Source: Octopus sinensis (lineage: Eukaryota). Taken from it: 64,000 bases of DNA. Under the pieces are notes generated by a model. It was not told the DNA's origin. It ran no database searches and saw nothing but the letters and a program-made list of their open reading frames with translations. The translations under genes and the position numbers were made by a program. Shown here piece by piece: positions 30,799 through 44,340 of the stretch. The stretch is taken from contig NC_042997.1 in NCBI RefSeq assembly GCF_006345805.1, positions 47,988,001 to 48,052,000 on the forward strand, in the 5' to 3' direction. Every line of letters starts with the position of its first letter. The first letter of the stretch is position 1.

Positions 30799-31110
30799 AT
30801 TATTATTGTTATTATTATTATTATTTTCTTTCTAATCTCCATGTTTGATACTTATCATCATTATTATTATTGTTATTATTATATTTATCATCATCACCAT
30901 CATCAGAATCAGCAGCAGCATCAGCATCAACATCATCCTTTATAGTTCTTTTTGTATGATTTCAAGGTGAAATATAAATATAATTGACAGGCATACTTAT
31001 GAGATTATAATTTTAACGAAGAAAATATCAAAATATGTTACATAATGTATGTGTATATGTTTGCCTGCATGTGAATATATATAGACATGCATACATTCAT
31101 ACATACATAA

Positions 31111-31157
<47 letters not shown>

Positions 31158-31226
31158 CATGTGTATATATGTGTTCATACATATATATTATATATATATA
31201 AATATATACATACATTATATATATGA

Positions 31227-31282
<56 letters not shown>

Positions 31283-31285
31283 TAT
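27925..31285. repeat. Microsatellite-rich block: (TA), (GATA), (CATA), (CA), (TAT), (TAG), (CAT), (CAG)
   Basis: Arrays at ~27925-28085, 29045-29112, 29450-29505, 29965-30315, 30605-30935 and 31075-31285. Confidence 0.9.
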
Positions 31286-32511
31286 AACAAATGAAAAACA
31301 GGAGATGGAATATACGAGAATATATTATTAATCACAACTATTGTTTAGACACATCTAGCGCCGACTCCTCTTGTGGGACACACAAAACTGGTTCAGGAGT
31401 GTCCGGTGGTGTAGACATATGTTGTTAAAATGACTGTTCCATAATGCAACTTTCCGTTTTGTAGAGAGAAAAACAGGCAGACGGAGGAAAAAATCTTCAC
31501 ATGTATAGAAGATCCAAGAATGAAATTGCATGCGTGTGTTTTTACGTGTGCGTGTGTGCCGTGCACATGTGCTCATATACATATATATTATATAATTATA
31601 TATTCTTATATACATTAATGCATTAATACATTGTTTACATGTATGTGTGTATGTATGTGTGTGTCTATCTATCTATCTAGCTATCTATCTCTTTCTATAT
31701 ATATATATATATGTAAATGTATAAAATCCTACCTAAATAATTGCATTATATATATTGGTTTCAATTGTCACGCTATTTCTATTTCAAGAATTATCACTGT
31801 GAAATAAAGACATTTCGTTTTGTGTGATTCTGGCTACATTTTATCTGGAATATTGCAAGATAGTTATGGTTAAAACACAGCTGAATGTGTTCAGCGAATA
31901 ACATACAGTAATACGCGCATGAATAATAATGACTTGTGGTTCATATATTTAAACAGCATCGTCACAAATCTTCGTTGTTCATGTATTGATAAGTACGTTC
32001 TCTGTTACAACACGTTATTTTGTAATATGTTGTTATTTATTGTTTGTTCAACACACTGATTGTCGACATACAACCGAGAGCGAGTCATCTTGTTTCAGAG
32101 CAGAGGGTGTATATGATTGCCAGGGTATCCTATGTTGAGATTTCAAGGAGAATTCAGCCTAGTATATTATTTTCTGCGGAAGAGATCGAGACATAGCTTC
32201 AATCAGTACCAGTACTTGATATTACTTGTATTGCAATCATATATATATATAGGAATATAAGAACTAAAATCACGTTGATGATTTTTATCAAATAGTCAGC
32301 ATGGTAGTTTTTGAAGGTATCGGGACTCCAAGCATGCTGGAGAAAAGTCATTTTCGCCCGATCTCCCTTGGCATAATTAAACATGTATGTGTGTGTGTGC
32401 GTGTGTTCATATATATACATACATACATATATGTGTGGAAATGTGTGTGTTTATTTAAATACAAATAAATGAAAGAATGGAGTTGAACGACGAATTAACA
32501 AAATTCCTTTA

Positions 32512-32594
32512 TTTTCGACATATGTTTCGAAGGCTGCATATTCCTAATTTCGAAGGAATAAGGGGTGCATTATGCCGCCTTCTCATCAGGAAAA
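32512..32594 (-). ncRNA. Type I hammerhead ribozyme (left-arm copy)
   Basis: Exact reverse complement of 32725-32807. Confidence 0.88.
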
Positions 32595-32724
32595 ACAAGG
32601 AGCTTATGTCAGCATCAAGATGCGATAATGAGTGTTTCTTTAAACACTCATTATCGCTATGGGCTCCGTGTGGGCAGTCATCTAAAAGTTTTTGTTCATC
32701 ATGATGCTGACATAAGTTCCTTGT

Positions 32725-32807
32725 TTTTCCTGATGAGAAGGCGGCATAATGCACCCCTTATTCCTTCGAAATTAGGAATATGCAGCCTTCGAAACATATG
32801 TCGAAAA
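32725..32807 (+). ncRNA. Type I hammerhead ribozyme, intact, long stem II
   Basis: TTTTC-CTGATGA-GAAGGC..GCATA..ATTCCT/AGGAAT..TATGC..GCCTTC-GAAAC-ATAT-GTC-GAAAA. Stem I extends via TTCCTT/AAGGAA after a 2x2 internal loop; palindromic stem III ACATATGT; GUC triplet, predicted cut after 32802. Confidence 0.9.
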
Positions 32808-32854
32808 TAAAGGAATTTTGCTAATTCGTCGTTCAACTCCATTCTTTCATTTAT

Positions 32855-32891
<37 letters not shown>

Positions 32892-33116
32892 ACATACGAA
32901 TACTTACATACACGAACGCATACATACATATATATGCACGCATGCACACGACCAGTTTAAATTGCCCGCCGAAATCTCCTCGTGTGATATGGTCAAAATA
33001 CCACGGCAGTGAATATAATGAAGAAATAAATATATAAATTTATATAATTAAGGATAAGGTCGTTATTTAAATACCGATCTTATCAGGTGGGCAACATGGG
33101 AATAGAACCTTCAAAG

Positions 33117-33169
<53 letters not shown>

Positions 33170-33172
<3 letters not shown>

Positions 33173-33545
33173 ATCAAATCCGTTCTGTCTGACTGTGTGT
33201 CTTCTAGGATCCCGGGCATCCGCCATCCGATTGCGCTCAAATTTGATATGTAGATACCGACGGTATCAGGGCGTGTATAAGTCTTGAAAAAATTACAAAA
33301 ACCGATTCCAGGTGAGAATGCGATCGATAAAGCCGTGGTAATGTGTATTTGTACGCGCAATTACATCAGCTGTTGCGATCGATACTACGCGCACGCGAGA
33401 AAAATGTACGGTGTCTCAAATTTAGGTTAAATCCGTGTTTCTCAAAGGGGAGGCCTATGGGACGGTCGGACAAGTTGTTTTGCGAAAATTTGGTTTAAAT
33501 GTTTGACAACTCAGCACCGTCCATTGGACGGGGGCCGTTTTGCTC

Positions 33546-33546
<1 letters not shown>
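33170..33546 (+). mobile_element. Non-autonomous Helitron-like element (family H1)
   Basis: Begins in (TA)n, then AAATCCGTTCTGTCTG; 3' hairpin CCGTCC-ATT-GGACGG (33517-33531) followed by CTCG-T (CTAG-like); second copy at 45777. Confidence 0.65.
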
Positions 33547-33579
<33 letters not shown>

Positions 33580-34669
33580 AATGTGAGATTAATCCGAATT
33601 TTGAAAACTAAGATTGAATAGAGATGTAACAGCAATAGAGAGAAATGAGATTAGAATGAATAAAACAAGACAAGTAAATGGGGAAAAACAGAAAATGCTT
33701 TAAGTATTGGAAGAAGTGAAAAGACGAAAATTTTATCAAAAGAGGAAGAAGTTAAGATATAGAAAAAGGAGAATATTAGAAGAAAAGAAAGCTGTGAAAG
33801 AAGCGTGGGAAAAGATTAAATGAAGAATCTGTAACAATGACAGGATTACAATATATTAAAATTAATGAGAAAAGGGGAGGACAAGATGAATAACACGAAT
33901 TGGTTTCATTATGTTAAAATCCAACACCACTCTTGTCCGCATTATCAATAACGCCAGCGCTATATTCTTTAGAAACACTAATGCAAGATTATAATTGTGG
34001 TCGATCGCCCTCCTAGAAATAGCAACTCAATAACATAATTTGTTCATTCTTTACTTGAAAGAACATTAATATTGTAGTCCTTGATAACATTAAAACTACA
34101 GGCTGATTACGGCTAGAATTACATTGGGCAGAGATCTGCTCAAACAGAGATAACCTGAGCTAAACTATGGCAACAAGAACCTCGAAATAAATAACGAATT
34201 CGCCTCGTGTATCAAAACTACTATGCCAATCAAGGAACATATGTTCTGTTAGTGAGCATGCTGGAAATAACAATAAACTACGATAGTTTTAAAAGTAAAG
34301 AACTAATTCGATAAAATAGTCCTGATAACACAAAAGAAAAAAAACAAAACAAAACAAAATAATGACAGGTAGAACGTTTTTCTTCAAAGTTTTTCTCGCT
34401 CTGTGCTGAGCTTGGAATACGATATAATACAATCTATATCAAATTCATCACGTCTATCTATCTGTTTATCTATTTTTTTATGTGTGTATGTATTATCTCT
34501 CGATGGATAGATCGATACAAAAAAAAAAAAAAAACGTTCCGGTACATCCGCAACCATGTGTGTCTTTAGCACTCCCATGATTTCCACCACAATTAGAATC
34601 CATCACTGTCATCACTACATCTACACGACTTGCACCAAAACGATGAAGAATTGCTTATCAACAGTTCAT

Positions 34670-34697
34670 CCTCATCCTCCTCCTCCTCCTCCCCCTC

Positions 34698-34742
<45 letters not shown>

Positions 34743-34752
34743 TTACTACTAG

Positions 34753-34796
<44 letters not shown>

Positions 34797-34806
34797 TTAC
34801 TACTAG

Positions 34807-34838
<32 letters not shown>

Positions 34839-35016
34839 ATACGTTGCCTTAACAGTCGCCGACAGAATTACAATATGCCACAAAATCACTACTTGAACCA
34901 CGGCATAATAAAAAGGAATTATCAAGCTGTTGATATCTATCTATCTATCTATATATATATCTATCTATCTATATATATATCTATCTATATATCTATCTAT
35001 CTACCTATCTATCTAC

Positions 35017-35047
<31 letters not shown>

Positions 35048-35251
35048 CCTATCTATCTATCTATCTATCTATCTACCTATCTATCTATCTATTTGTCTAT
35101 TTATCTATCTATTTATCTATCTACATATTTATCTATCTCTTTGTCTATCTATCTGTCTGTCTGTCTGTCTATGTACCTATCAGTCCATGTCTGTATCTAA
35201 TAGATAGACAGACAGACAAACAGAAAGATAGATAGATAGAGAGAGAGAGCG

Positions 35252-35326
<75 letters not shown>

Positions 35327-36262
35327 ACAAAAACACACCATCAAAAAATATCTAAAAGGGACAATTTTGTGGAAACTAATATTCATAAAGTAAACACGCA
35401 GCACACTGAAAAAATGGAAGTAAAATACACAGGCACAAACTTTAAATAACTATTTACGTAAAAACTATAAATATTCTAATGTAAGATAGCATTTATTATT
35501 TACAAGGAGTGATTGATATGACAAGGTGGTTAATAACCTGACACTTTCTCACCCAATCCACGCGCTTCATTCTTCCTTTATCAATCCATATATTTTTCCG
35601 GCTTTCTCCCCGCCGTCTTGTTTTTCCTATATTCATTTGGTTATATTTACACTTATATCCTCTCGCAACACTCTCTTCTTCAGGTCATCGATTATTTTTC
35701 AGTCATTTAAGTATTATTGATATATCGCACAATCTTCACTTCCAGAAAAAGAAAAAAAAACGGACGTGTGAAACACAGAACGGATAATGCCGTAGACGAT
35801 GATGATGATGATGATGATGTAAGGATAACGATAACAATGTTAACACTAATAATAATGATGATGATGATAATAATAATGAGAAGAAGAAGAAGAAGAAGAA
35901 GAAGAAGAAGAAAAAGAAGAAGAAGAAGAAGAAGAAGAAGAAGAAGAAGAAGAAGAAGAAGAAGAAGAAGAAGAAGAAGAAGAAGAAGAAGATTCATAGC
36001 ATAACGGCGCCAATAAAGAGTGAATAATTTTGTGATTAAAGGAAAAAAAAAATCTTAAATTAAGCCGTGTTAAGAGCGGTTCATAATTTTCTCTTAAATC
36101 TTCAATTTTAATGAGCTCTGAAGGTAATTTTTCTTTCCAAGACACACGCTAATAGCTTTTCAAAACGCCTTTTACACACAATTTTGTTGATTTTACAGCA
36201 ACGCAAGCACTAGCAGCAATAATATCAATATTTACAACAACAACAACAACAACAACAACAAA
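34670..36262. repeat. (CCT)/(ACT)n, (TCTA)n then (GATA)n, (GAT)/(GAA)n and (CAA)n microsatellites
   Basis: Arrays at 34670-34840, 34935-35325, 35800-35992 and 36235-36262. Confidence 0.95.
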
Positions 36263-37229
36263 AATGAAGGCAACAGTAATTTACTGCAACAATCTCAAAA
36301 GAGCAAGCAAATGCTGGAAAAGCAAAAATATTTTTTAAAAAAAACGATGTATATCTGTATATAGTTATAACAATCATTGGCATGAAATATCATTGGCATG
36401 AAATAAAATGAACATAGAGTTATGTTTATGGCTATGTTAATATCGAAAGTAAACACAGATAGCCATAAAAGATAGTAATTGTACATTGGAAATTTTGTAT
36501 ATTTATGTATATGTATGTAAAGCCTTATAATTTTATTTGGCCTCATACCATGGATAAAAATGTGATTCTAACGGAAAATGACAGACTATTAAATATGCTT
36601 TTGCTATTATAATTTTCGTGATCTATTGAGATATGAATTATGAAATATTTTTTGCATCGGCGTTATCAGGAAGCAGTATTTAGCGGTGAGGTTTCGATAA
36701 TATCTTTCTTTTTTAATACAAAGTGTGAAAGATTAATCGACATCGGCTGGATTCATTCTCGGAAAATATAGTGATGCAACAAAACACTACAAAACGCTAC
36801 TGCGCTTGCCATATTTTGGTATAGTCGTAATTAACCTACTGCTCCGTAACGGAAAGTTTCATGACCACATAATGTCCCTGGGCTGCAAGTCGGTAGAATC
36901 GTTCGAGCGTCAGACAAAATGTCTCGAGATATTTGTTTCTGAGATTAATTCTGCATTTCAAACATTCGGGTTTGACGATGTGAAGTTTTACTCCAGAGTA
37001 GTGTACGAAAGGAATTGTTGCAGAATTGGGTGAAATACATTGTGATATATGTTCAGGCGGTATCTGGTTACACATAATCCGTTACATGGTTTAACACCAC
37101 ACCTTAGCTGTTGGTAGCCCGTAGCAGAGTTCGACTTGTTGCAAGCACTCACTCTACTGAGTTGAACATCATTTCCTGACTATGTCATGCCAGTGTCGTC
37201 AGTTTAATTTTTACAATACGTTTGGGAAT

Positions 37230-37640
37230 CTTTTATTTGTTTTAGTCACTTGACTACGGCCATGATGGAGCATAACTTTGAAGGGTTTTAATCGAAGAAA
37301 TCAACACCCTGACCTATTTTTTCAAAGCTTAGTGCTTATTCTATCGGTACCTTTGCCAAACCGCTAACTTACGTGGACATAACACACCAACACCGGTTGT
37401 CAAGCAATGGCACAAAAACATAGGCACATAGATAAATACACACACACACACAATATGGATATATATATATACACACACACGACGGGCTTCTTTCAGTTTC
37501 CGACTACCAAATCCACTCACAAGGCGTTAATCGACTCGAGGCTATAGTAGAAGACACTTCCCCGAGGTGCCTCGGAATAAGACTGAACCCGGAACCATGT
37601 GATTGGGAAGTAAGCTTCTTAACACAAAGCCACGTCTGTG
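37230..37640 (-). mobile_element. SINE family B, near full-length, diverged
   Basis: Colinear with 41921-42340. Confidence 0.85.
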
Positions 37641-37929
37641 ACAATAAGCGCTCTTTTGTATTCTTAAAAAGAAGTGATGGAGGAAATCATTATAGAATTT
37701 ACGAGGACAAATTTAAAATATTTGACACATACACTGACATTGTTTCCAGAGATGCAAATAGTAAATGCTGACAACGAACAAATCTGTTATCAATTATTAT
37801 GCTCCTCATAGCTTTTCTCTAGAAATCCTAATCCTTCAATATTTGGGTACCGTGCATCATATTGTTAGCTAATGTATTTGGATTGGGGAACTTGAATCCG
37901 ACATAGCCAGAACTGTAAGTGTGCGGCTA

Positions 37930-38072
37930 GCTGACGATATCGATCTCAGTGTTTCATTAGTAATTATTTTATCAACTCTGAAAGTGGGATTTGAGCTCAG
38001 AATGTCAAGGCGGATAAAATGCCGCTAAGCATTTTGTCCGATGTGCTAACGAATCAGCCAGCCTGCCGCATT
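37930..38072 (-). mobile_element. Diverged SINE related to family A
   Basis: GGATTTGAGCTCAGAATGTCAAGG...GCCGCTAAGCATTTTGTCCGATGTGCTAACG. Confidence 0.65.
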
Positions 38073-38768
38073 AAATGTATTCAACTGCAACTAGGGACCA
38101 AAGCTGAATGTTTATCACATAGTGAACTGCTGAGAAGGTATCCAACGACCAGGGGTAAATTTTGGTTCATGTTAAACCGAATGATGCTGTAGGCCCACTA
38201 TTTTCACTAGGCACACTTGAAATTATTTCTGACCTTGCATATTTAAGAAAATACATACCAGGTATCTATTAGGAAAGGTTAAGATTCGTTCTGTCACCAA
38301 CATTAGTAAGGTGTTATATTATTGATAATAAAGTTTTCAGTCTCCTTTTCAAATGACAAAATCAATGTCATATCATATTTGAGATAATTATTATATAAAA
38401 ATCCGTTTTAGACAAAGAACGAAATATAAAGATTTATAAGCTATGAAAATAATAACAATAGAAAATCCATTTTTGACAGCGAAGACATCGAATACGATTA
38501 TAAAATAAAACATTACATTTGATTCTGACAATTTTGCGTAGGAAGATAGAAATTGTTCACTTTCCCGTGTGAACTGATTGGAAGAGAGATTTTGAGAAGC
38601 AAAATAACAAAGGAAGAAAGATAGTACAAGTTAAAATAACCTACGTCATACAATATGCCATCGTATGTGTGATTTGTCCACACTATTTTGATTTTAGTTA
38701 TTTTGATTCCACATTCTTTGGACTTCATTCTTCAGTATTTGTTTCCCCCCATACATTCTGTCTCTCTC

Positions 38769-38802
<34 letters not shown>

Positions 38803-39464
38803 CCATATACGCACGCACTTCCTGTCCGTTTTGTTTTTCTCGAAGATATCTGTCAATATGAAAGCTATTAAAGAAATTTTGTTTGCATTTGCTGACGCGT
38901 CTCTACAACATGTTATCTAATCACTCGACAACTTATCTTGAAGCAGTAATCATTACATAGTATCTTATAATGTAGCGTTAATACTGCCTGCCTGAATGAA
39001 TGGAAAGGTGGAAAGAATGTTAGCAAAAGAAATAAATTACACAAATATAGCCACAGCACAGTGACTAAAGCTTTGCTAACTTTTTAAATAGTATGAATAT
39101 GATACCATCAGAACAAAAAGTAGCGATGAATATGGACAGGAGAGAACGAAAGAGAAAAAATATCTAACCAGTGTATAAAAATATAAAATAACTGTTTTTC
39201 ATCCAAACAAAACACGTAAAATATGAGATTATTGAAGAATAGCACACAAGTTAACGCTACAATATCGTGCAAAACAGTAATTGATTCCAGCATAAACGAA
39301 ACAGTTCGCTAGATATCGCATTGAACTACAGAATGATTTGTTAGTATCGTTTACATAACTGATAAAATTTATGGTGCCATGGTTCTCCGACCTAAACAAA
39401 TAAACAAGAACTAATGACATTTATCCTTCCACAAATTATGTGATATCAACTACACTTAAATATC

Positions 39465-40047
39465 CTTTTCTACTCTAGGCACAAGGCCCGAAATTTTTGA
39501 GGAAGGGGCCAGTCGATTAGATCCACTCCAGTACGCAACTGGTACTTAATTTATCGACCCCGAAAGGATGAAAGACAAAGTCGAACTCGGCGGAATTTGA
39601 ACCCAGAACGTAAAGACAGGCGAGATACCTATGTCTTTACTACCCACTAGGGGCCAACCACTGAGAGGACAAACAAGGACAGACAAACGGATTAAGTCGA
39701 TTAGATCCATTCCAGTACACAATTGGCATTTAATTTATTCACCCCGAAAGGATGAAAGGCAAAGTCGATCTGGACGGAATTTGAACTCAGAACGTGAGAA
39801 CAGACGAAATACCTATTTCTTTACTACCCACAAGGGGCTAAACACAGAGAGGACAAACAAGGACAGACAAACGGATTAAATCGATTATATCGACCCCAGT
39901 GCGTAACTGATACTTATTCAATCGACCCCGAAAAGATGAAAGGCAAAGTCGACCTCGGCGGAATTTGAACTCAGAACGTAACGGCAGACGAAATACGGCT
40001 ACGCAGTTCGCCCGGCGTGCTAACGTTTCTGCCAGCTCGCCGCCTTA
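39465..40047 (-). mobile_element. SINE family A trimer with 15-bp TSD
   Basis: Junctions at ~39628 and ~39812 (184 bp apart); TSD CTACACTTAAATATC (39450-39464) and CTACACATAAATATC (40048-40062). Confidence 0.93.
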
Positions 40048-41920
40048 CTACACATAAATATCAACCAACAGGTGGGAAAGGATGTAAGTCCCCCAATCCA
40101 AGTACATTAGCTAACAATATGATGAACAGTACATAAATATTGCAGGATTAGGATCTCTAGAGAAAAGCTATGAGGAGCATAATAATCACAATGATTCGTA
40201 AACTTTTGGATGATAGCAGCCTAAAAGCTTTTAAACTCTAGAGCAAGGTTAGCCACTTGATATTTATGATAATACCTAAAATAACAAATGATTGCTACAA
40301 AAATTTCTTCGAAGATAGACTACTATCAAGGTTGACACTTATTTTTTTTTATAGTTAGAGTTACTAGTGACAGCTAAATTATAGGCACGATTTCATACAT
40401 TTAACCTCGCCTACAAAGAAAAATAAATATATTATAATGAAGAAGTTGTTTAAGCCGACATCAGCAATGATCCAATCGCCTTGTGATGAAAGGCTTTCTA
40501 GCATAATCACTGTTTCTATTTTCAGGAGGACGGGCATGTGAAAAATAGTATTGTGTTCTTATCGGTATCTATCAGACCAGTTACTAGTTTAGCGAAGTAT
40601 CGATGACGGAGGAATATGGCTGTGGGCGTGTGTTTGTCTATATATATGTGTGTATGTGTGTGTATGTGTTTATGTGACTGTGTGTGCCACTGGAAGATTT
40701 CCAAGATAGGTTTTTTTCATATCAGGAAAATATACTTAAATGTAGGTTAACAATTAGCTAAGAACAAACATCGATCCCGTTAATGAAAACTATTCTGAAA
40801 GCACAGCGATCCGTGCACGCAGTTTCTGTTTATACGTTAACTATTCATATATGCACACATATATACGCACATTCGTATGCACACACACACACACACATAC
40901 ACACATACATACATACATACATACATACGTACATACATACATACATACATACCAGTGGACCTACTTCTTTTTTCTATAGAAAATTGGTGCTTACAAGGCC
41001 AATGTGACATTAAACATGCGTGTGTGTATGTGTGTGTATATACACACGAGTGTGTGTGAGCGTGATTACACCCGCCTCAGTTTTGTCACACGACTTCCAT
41101 GTCATTGATGCCTTTATCGCTCTGTTAGGAGTTGCGTATTCACTATTGCAATGGACAATGATTACTATGTATAGGAAAGATCAAACGTTACATCCAAAGC
41201 ATTGCTCCATTTTTTTCTTCTCGTACATATTTCCATTGAAATAGTAGTCGTGTTCACAACTCCACTCGTGGACAATGCACTGAATAATATAACGCTGTTT
41301 TATATTATTCAACAAAAATAGATACATTGATGATCATACATCATAGGCAGCTTCCATTCTATAATTATTTATATATTTGTTTCTGCATAATCTATTGTTG
41401 TTAGCATATTCATTCTGTCAAAAGAAAGCGGTAAATTGTTCCTCTTCTTGTACAGAATCAGATTGATCTAATAGTTAAAACTGATTGCTATCTCTGTATA
41501 ATCGTGAATCGTAAATGGAAACCTTGTGACAGCGAGGTTATCTGGCATACATCAATTTAACAATTCAATAACAATAAGGTAAACCGCTCACGACGACACC
41601 ATTATAAACATCCATTTGAAATATTTGAGTCAGTTTACTGAAAATACCCCCACCTTTTGTTGTTTATCTGCAACAATTCAGTTCCCGAAAGAGCTGTAAG
41701 ACACAGAACAGAATGGTATTACATTGGTTTATTTAGCATACATCTTCCTCTTGATGGATGTTCCTCTGACGGTCGTCGGTGTAATATACAGTATATTGCG
41801 TATACATTTATGCCTTGTAATATATTGGAATCTTTTCTTATTAATACACATTATTCAACAATGATTTTTAAATTTCTACACAGATATAGTTTGACATTCT
41901 GATAGAATTACCATCGTATA

Positions 41921-42340
41921 GGCGTAGGAGTGGCTGTGTGGTAAGTAGCTCGCTTACCAGCCACATGGTTCCAGCTTCAGTCTCGCTGCGTGGCACCTTG
42001 GGCAAGTATCTTCTACTATAGCCTCAGGCCGACCAAAGCCTTTTGAGTGGATTTGGTAGACGGAAACTGAAAGAAGCCCGCCGTATATATGTATATTTAT
42101 ATACATATATATGTATGTATATATGTTTGTGTGTCTGTGTTTGTCCCACAACATCGCTTGACAACCGATGCTGGTGTGTTTACATCCCCGTCACTTAGTG
42201 GTTCGGCAAAAGAGACCGATAGAATAAGTACTAGGCTTACAAAGAATAAGTTCTGGGGTTGATTTGCTCGACTAGAAGCGGTGCTCCAGCATGGCCACAG
42301 TCAAACGACTGAAACAAATAAAAGAGTAAGGAGTAAGAGT
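41921..42340 (+). mobile_element. SINE family B, full-length (tRNA head, CORE-like segment, central microsatellite, LINE-like tail); possibly one of the described octopus tRNA-SINEs
   Basis: A-box TGGCTGTGTGG; CCTTGGGCAAGT (CORE-like motif); central TATATG tract; tail ending (GAGTAA)n. Confidence 0.88.
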
Positions 42341-42979
42341 TAGAGGGGAAATAATTTTCTCTTGTATTAAAACTGGAATTCTGGCGATATGTGTAACGTG
42401 ATACGATAGTGCTCCTCTCAGCTCTCCAATAATGGAACAAGTTTGTATCCACCAAGCCTGAAACCACAGTGATTTGAGGTGAGCATACTATCACATCTCC
42501 AAAACGGAAGAACATGTAACTGCATTAAACGCCCTAATACAAGACGTTGAATCAATTATCATTCGATGAGCCAATTAATTTCTGTTGAGATTTTCTCAAA
42601 ATCATTATTAAAATTCAAGCAGTCAATAGTTGAAATTTTTATTTATTTCTCCCAAAAGCTGATGTGATTTTCACAATGAGGATGTAAAATAACATGATCA
42701 TTAATAATTCAAAGATATTTTTTCAACTAGAAAATCCATAAAATGTACTCCGTGTGACTGATTTTAAACGCATAAGTATCTCCTTACTATTTGTCAGAAT
42801 CATTTGTTCCTTCGTGTTAGAAAGAGCTGAATTTCTTTACAGCACTTAAAATGGTTATCGGTTATTATTCTCTCAAAATTTACAACAACGAACAACAGGC
42901 TTTACATTATGAAATACATATACGCTTTGCTCTCATGGGATGTTATGTATACATGTGTTTGTGTGTGTATATTTACACA

Positions 42980-43041
<62 letters not shown>

Positions 43042-43055
43042 TATATATAAATAAA

Positions 43056-43110
<55 letters not shown>

Positions 43111-43200
43111 AGGTTAATCCAAACGGGAAAACAGAAAAACAACACGTGGAACAATTACAGTATTATTATTATTAGGCGCTCAGGAAAATGGAAGAAGGAG

Positions 43201-43231
43201 GGTATGACGTTTCGAGCGGAGCTCTTCGTCA
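43201..43231 (-). ncRNA. 5'-truncated minimal hammerhead (PLE terminal-repeat remnant)
   Basis: (C missing)TGACGA-A-GAGC-TCC-GCTC-GAAAC-GTC; the first core base and the 5' strand of stem I are replaced by microsatellite. Confidence 0.6.
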
Positions 43232-43544
43232 TATATGTATATATGTATAAGTATGCATATATAAGTATGCATACATACATAAATATACACAAACACACAT
43301 AAGCGCACGCACATGGATATATACATATATGTATAAACATATATTTATATAATATACATATATTATATATATATATATGTATGTATGTATACACACACAT
43401 ATATATACATATGTATAATATGTATATATTATATAAATATACGTTTATACATATATGTGTGAGTATGTATGCATATGCGCACGCTTATGGGGTCTACGGT
43501 GTGCGCGTGTGTGTGTGTGTGTATTTATGTATGCATGCATGTAT

Positions 43545-44340
43545 ATTTTTCGCCGCACTTGATCGCTGCGTCCCTAAAACTGGTGTGTAAAGCAAAATAT
43601 TCAACTGTCATATCCTACGCAAATACATCGAACTTAGAACACCATATTCATAAGATTAACAACCGGAAACTGAGCAAAGATAAGTCAGCACTCAAAATAA
43701 CCTTCTCGACAGCAACCGTATCTCATATGAGCAGTCTAAAGACAACGTTTGTAGTTTGGATTATACTACCAACCAACAGAGCACTAATTACAATATACAT
43801 GATAACCATAAAAAATAACACCAGCAACAATTCAAATAATATACTGAGAACACCTAATGATAATAAAGCGAAAATAGTGACAACCAATATACCGAACAGA
43901 ACCACTCCCTCCAGGGCTCGATGTACACAAGCCAACAAAATCAAATAGTTATAGTCATGCAGAGATAGATCCATTTGTCCTTTGGATAACCTATGTATGA
44001 CTAGGAACGTGATATACAAGTGCACTATAAAGATTAAAGGAGGCCCCTACGTATATATCGGGGCATCGGTCGATAAAAATCGATACCACAATCACATCGC
44101 CAGCTTTCAAAATATCCTTAAATGCCATGTAACATCGGTGGCCGATTTTATCTGGAGGTTTAAGGTATGCTCCCAGGCGTCACTCTCGATAACGTTAACA
44201 AAGGAGCGCGTTATAAATAAATTCATTGAACCCAGATATCTACACGCAGCTAAACACACATTGACATATTGCAATCCCAACCATACATTACTTGATGTAT
44301 ATATCGCGCCCACAACTCTTCTTACAAATGAATTTTAGGA
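43545..44340 (+). pseudogene. Penelope-like element fragment: linker plus GIY-YIG endonuclease, disrupted
   Basis: TVISYANTSNLEHHIHKINNRKL linker; SCRDRSICPLDNLC Cys motif; NVIYKC...YVYIGAS...RYHNHIASF...TSVADFIWRFK GIY-YIG motifs; in-frame stops and deletions. Confidence 0.85.

Larger units (their letters stand above)
32464..32855. repeat. Palindrome, 159-bp arms (32464-32622 / 32697-32855), 3 mismatches, with a nested perfect 16-bp hairpin (32622-32657)
   Basis: Manual alignment; nested GCGATAATGAGTGTTT-cttt-AAACACTCATTATCGC. Confidence 0.96.

Noticed and set aside
32477-32947. Paired ORFs MELNDEL... and MHYAAFS... on both strands
   Set aside because: Artefact of the palindrome; the sequence is explained by the hammerhead fold.
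33050-33105. CCAC-CTGATAA-GATCG..CGACC on the minus strand as another hammerhead
   Set aside because: Core altered and the GAAAC/cleavage half is absent; at most a truncated remnant.
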